NCBI GenBank assembly: GCA_964016885.1
Contig: OZ024743.1
Coordinates: forward strand, 374,604,001 to 374,668,000
Reading direction: 5' to 3'
Length of the DNA: 64,000 bases
DNA from: Eledone cirrhosa
Taxonomy: Eukaryota
Shown: positions 58,401-64,000 of the stretch, in pieces
Layout of the letters: every line of letters starts with the position of its first letter
Numbering within the stretch: the first letter of the stretch is position 1
Made by a program: the position numbers and the translations under genes
The notes under the pieces: generated by a model
Databases searched by the model: none
What the model saw: only the letters and a program-made list of their open reading frames with translations
Told to the model about the DNA's origin: nothing

Positions 58401-61400
58401 CCACAACAATAGACACTGCTACGTCATAGTCAATATACATCACATCTCTGTCTACAACAATAGACACTGCTACGCCATAGTCAATATACATCACATCTCT
58501 GTCTGTGTGTCTACAACAATAGACACTGCTACGTCATAGTCAATATACATCACATCTCTGTCTAAAATAGACACTGCTACGTCATAGTCAATATACATCA
58601 CATCTCTGTCTATAACAATAGACACTGCTACGTCATAGTCAATATATATCACATCTCTGTCTACAATAGACACTGCTACGTCATAGTCAATATACATCAA
58701 ATCTCTGTCTACAACAATAGCCACTGCTACGTCATAGTCAATATACATCACATCTCTGTCTACAACTATAGACACTGCTACGTCATAGTCAATATACATC
58801 ACATCTCTGTCCACAACAATAGACACTGCTACGTCATAGTCAATATACATCACATCTCTGTCTACAACAATAGACCCTGCTACGTCATAGTCAATATACA
58901 TCACATCTCTGTCTACAACAATAGACACTGCTACGTCATAGTCAATATACATCACATCTCTGTCCACAACAATAGACACTGCTACGTCATAGTCAATATA
59001 CATCACATCTCTGTCTACAACAATAGACACTGCTACGCCATAGTCAATATACATCACATCTCTGTCTGTGTGTCTACAACAATAGACACTGCTACGTCAT
59101 AGTCAATATACATCACATCTCTGTCTACAACAATAGACACTGCTACGTCATAGTCAATATACAACACATCTCTGTCTACAACAATAGACCCTGCTACGTC
59201 ATAGTCAATATACATCACATCTCTGTCTACAACAATAGACACTGCTACGTCATAGTCAATATACATCACATCTCTGTCTACAACAATAGACACTGCTACG
59301 TCATAGTCAATATACATCACATCACTGTCTACAAAAATAGACACTGCTACGTCATAGTCAATATACATAACATCTCTGACTACAACAATAGACACTGCTA
59401 CCTCATAGTCAATATACATCACATCTCTGTCTAGAATAGACACTGATACGTCATAGTCAATATACATCACATCTCTGTCTACAACAATAGACACTGCTAC
59501 CTCATAGTCAATATACATCACATCTCTGTCTAGAATAGACACTGATACGTCATAGTCAATATACATCACATCTCTGTCTACAACAATAGAAACTGCTACG
59601 TCATAGTCAATATACATCACATCTCTGTCTGTGTGTCTACAACAATAGACACTGCTACGTCATAGTCAATATACATCACATCTCTGTCTACAACAATAGA
59701 AACTGCTACGTCATAGTCAATATACATCACATCTCTGTCTGTGTGTCTACAACAATAGACACTGCTACGTCATAGTCAATATACATCACATCTCTGTCTA
59801 CAACAATAGAAACTGCTACGTCATAGTCAATATACATCACATCTCTGTCTGTGTGTCTACAACAATAGACACTGCTACGTCATAGTCAATATACATCACA
59901 TCTCTGTCTACAACAATAGACACTGCTACGTCATAGTCAATATACATCACATCTCTGTCTACAACAATAGAAACTGCTACGTCATAGTCAATATACATCA
60001 CATCTCTGTCTGTGTGTCTACAACAATAGACACTGCTACGTCATAGTCAATATACATCACATCTCTGTCCACAACAATAGACACTGCTACGTCATAGTCA
60101 ATATACATCACATCTCTGTCTACAACAATAGACACTGCTACGTCATAGTCAATATACATCACATCTCTGTCTACAACAATAGACCCTGCTACGTCATAGT
60201 CAATATACATCACATCTCTGTCTACAACAATAGACACTGCTACGTCATAGTCAATATACATCACATCTCTGTCCACAACAATAGACGCTGCTACGTCATA
60301 GTCAATATACATCACATCTCTGTCTACAACAATAGACACTGCTACGCCATAGTCAATATACATCACATCTCTGTCTGTGTGTCTACAACAATAGACACTG
60401 CTACGTCATAGTCAATATACATCACATCTCTGTCTACAACAATAGACACTGCTACGTCATAGTCAATATACATCACATCTCTGTCTACAACAATAGACCC
60501 TGCTACGTCATAGTCAATATACATCACATCTCTGTCTACAACAATAGACACTGCTACGTCATAGTCAATATACATCACATCTCTGTCCACAACAATAGAC
60601 ACTGCTACGTCATAGTCAATATACATCACATCTCTGTCTACAACAATAGAAACTGCTACGTCATAGTCAATATACATCACATCTCTGTCTGTGTGTCTAC
60701 AACAATAGACACTGCTACCTCATAGTCAATATACATCACATCTCTGTCTAGAATAGACACTGATACGTCATAGTCAATATACATCACATCTCTGTCTACA
60801 ACAATAGAAACTGCTACGTCATAGTCAATATACATCACATCTCTGTCTGTGTGTCTACAACAATAGACACTGCTACGTCATAGTCAATATACATCACATC
60901 TCTGTCTACAACAATAGACACTGCTACGTCATAGTGAATATACATCACATCTCTGTCTACAACAATAGACACTGCTACGTCATAGTCAATATACATCACA
61001 TCTCTGTCCACAACAATAGATACTGCTACGTCATAGTCAATATACATCACATCTCTGTCTACAACAATAGACACTTCTACGTCATAGTCAATATACATCA
61101 CATCTCTGTCTACAACTATAGACACTGCTACGTCATAGTCAATATACATCACATCTCTGTCTACAACTATAGACACTGCTACGTCATAGTTCATTTACAT
61201 CACATCTCTGTCTACAACAATAGACACTGCTACGTCATAGTCAATATACATCACATCTCTGTCTACAACAATAGACACTGTTACGTCATAGTCAATATAC
61301 ATCACATCTCTTTCTACAACTATAGACAATGCTACGTCATAGTCAATATACATCACATCTCTATCTACAACAATAGACGCTACTTCGTCATAGTCAATAT

Positions 61401-64000
61401 ACATCACATCTCTGTCTACAACAATAGACACTGCTACGTCATAGTCAATATACATCACATCTCTGTCCACAACAATAGACACTGCTACGTCATAGTCAAT
61501 TTACATCACATCTCTGTCTACAACAATAGACACTGCTACGTCATAGTCAATTTACATCACATCTCTGTCCACAACAATAGACACTGTTACGTCATAGTCA
61601 ATATACATCACATCTCTGTCTACAACAAAAGACACTGCTACGCCATAGTCAATATACATCATATCTCTGTCTACAACAATAGACACTGCTACGTCATAGT
61701 CAATATACATCATAACTCTTTCCACAACAATAGACACTGCTACGTCATAGTCAATATACATCACATCTCTGTCTACAACAATAGACACTGCTACGTCATA
61801 GTCAATATACATCATAACTCTGTCCACAACAATAGACACTGCTACGTCATAGTCAATATACATCACATCTCTGTCTACAACAATAGACACTGCTACGTCA
61901 TAGTCAATATACATCACATCTCTGTCTACAACAATAGACACTGCTACGTCATAGTCAATATACATCACATCTCTGTCTACAACAATAGACAATGCTACGT
62001 CATAGTCAATATACATCACATCTCTGTCTACAATAGACACTGCTACGTCATAGTCAATATACATCACATCTCTGTCTACAACAATAGACACTGCTACGTC
62101 ATAGTCAATATACATCATAACTCTGTCCACAACAATAGACACTGCTACGTCATAGTCAATATACATCACATCTCTGTCTACAACAATAGACACTGCTACG
62201 TCATAGTCAATATACATCACATCTCTGTCTACAACAATAGACACTGCTACGTCATAGTCAATATACATCACATCTCTGTCTACAACAATAGACAATGCTA
62301 CGTCATAGTCAATATACATCACATCTCTGTCTACAACAATAGACAATGCTTCGTCATAGTCAATATATATCACAGCTCTGTCTACAACAATAGACAATGC
62401 TACGTCATAGTCAATATACATCACATCTCTGTCTACAATAGACACTGCTACGTCATAGTCAATATACATCACATCTCTGTCCACAACAATAGACACTGCT
62501 ACGTCATAGTCAATATACATCACATCTCTGTCTACAACAATAGACAATGCTTCGTCATAGTCAATATATATCACAGCTCTGTCTACAACAATAGACAATG
62601 CTACGTCATAGTCAATATACATCACATCTCTGTCTACAATAGACACTGCTACGTCATAGTCAATATACATCACATCTCTGTCTACAACAATAGACACTGC
62701 TACGTCATAGTCAATATACATCACATCTCTGTCTACAACAATAGACACTGCTACGTCATAGTCAATATACATCACATCTCTGTCTGTGTGTCTACAACAA
62801 TAGACACTGCTACGTCATAGTCAATATACATCACATCACTGTCTGTGTGTCTACAACAATAGACACTGCTACGTCATAGTCAATATACATCACATCACTT
62901 TCTACAACAATAGACACTGCTACGTCATAGTCAATATACATCACATCTCTGTCTACAACAATAGACACAGCTACGTCATAGTCAATATACATCACATCTC
63001 TGTCTACAACAATAGACACTGCTACGTCATAGTCAATATACATCACATCTCTGTCTACAATAGACACTGCTACGTCATAGTCAATATACATCACATCTCT
63101 GTCTACAACAATAGACACTGCTACGTCATAGTCAATATACATCACATCTCTGTCTACAACAATAGACACTGCTACGTCATAGTCAATATACATCACATCT
63201 CTGTCTACAACAATAGACACTGCTACGTCATAGTCAATATACATCACATCTCTGTCTACAACTATAGACAATGCTACGTCATAGTCAATATACATCACAT
63301 CTCTGTCTACAACAATAGACACTACTTCGTCATAGTCAATATACATCACATCTCTGTCTACAACAATAGACACTGCTACGTCATAGTCAATATACATCAC
63401 ATCTCTGTCCACAACAATAGACACTGCTACGTCATAGTCAATTTACATCACATCTCTCTCTACAACAATAGACACTGCTACGTCATAGTCAATTTACATC
63501 ACATCTCTCTCTACAACAATAGACACTGCTACGTCATAGTCAATATACATCACATCTCTGTCTACAACAATAGACACTACTTCGTCATAGTCAATATACA
63601 TCACATCTCTGTCTACAACAATAGACACTACTTCGTCATAGTCAATTTACATCACATCTCTCTCTACAACAATAGACACTGATACGTCATAGTCAATATA
63701 CATCACATCTGCGTCTACAACAATAGACACTGCTACGTCATAGTCAATATACATCACATCTGCGTCTACGAAAATAGACACTACTACGTCATAGTCAATA
63801 TACATCACATCTCTGTCCACAACAATAGACACTGCTACGTCGTAGTCAATATACATCACATCTCTGTCCACAACAATAGACACTGCTACGTCGTAGTCAA
63901 TATACATCACATCTCTGTCCACAACAATAGACACTGCTACGTCATAGTCAATATACATCACATCTCTGTCTACAACAATAGACACTGCTACGTCATAGTC
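25403..64000. repeat. 51-bp satellite DNA array (>38.6 kb, roughly 740 units, runs off the window end)
   Basis: Consensus acatcacatctctgtctacaacaatagacactgctacgtcatagtcaatat; 59-bp (+TGTGTGTC) and 48-bp (-ACA) length variants. Confidence 0.98.

Noticed and set aside
25409-63985. Long ORFs (DRDVMYIDYDVAVSIVV and NIHHISVYNNRHCYVIV repeats) as real proteins
   Set aside because: By-product of a 51-bp period; frames are broken freely by the 8-bp insertion variant; no unique N- or C-terminal domains
25403-64000. CRISPR-like array (repeat with internal hairpin)
   Set aside because: No unique spacers, units are head-to-tail, no cas genes, eukaryotic context

Overview
Eukaryotic, AT-rich, repeat-dominated genomic DNA. 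The microsatellite load and Nin/Deu-domain tRNA-SINEs look like a cephalopod (octopus) genome; this is an inference. I see no host protein-coding gene, and nearly all ORFs in the track are translations of simple or tandem repeats. Bases 1-25.4 kb are a mosaic of microsatellites, SINEs, LINE 3' fragments (RTE, CR1), DNA-transposon MITEs and two minisatellites (53 and 35 bp). They also hold one 5'-truncated Penelope-like retroelement (RT + GIY-YIG, probably Naiad clade) with a hammerhead ribozyme in its 3' terminal region. Bases 25.4-64 kb are a single 51-bp satellite array with kb-scale higher-order duplications. The most notable signal is about 15 type I hammerhead motifs or half-motifs from several unrelated families, mostly in short cassettes embedded in (TA)n. 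One is a retrozyme-like unit: two 187-bp direct repeats 593 bp apart, each carrying a hammerhead with the compensatory U3-A8 core variant.
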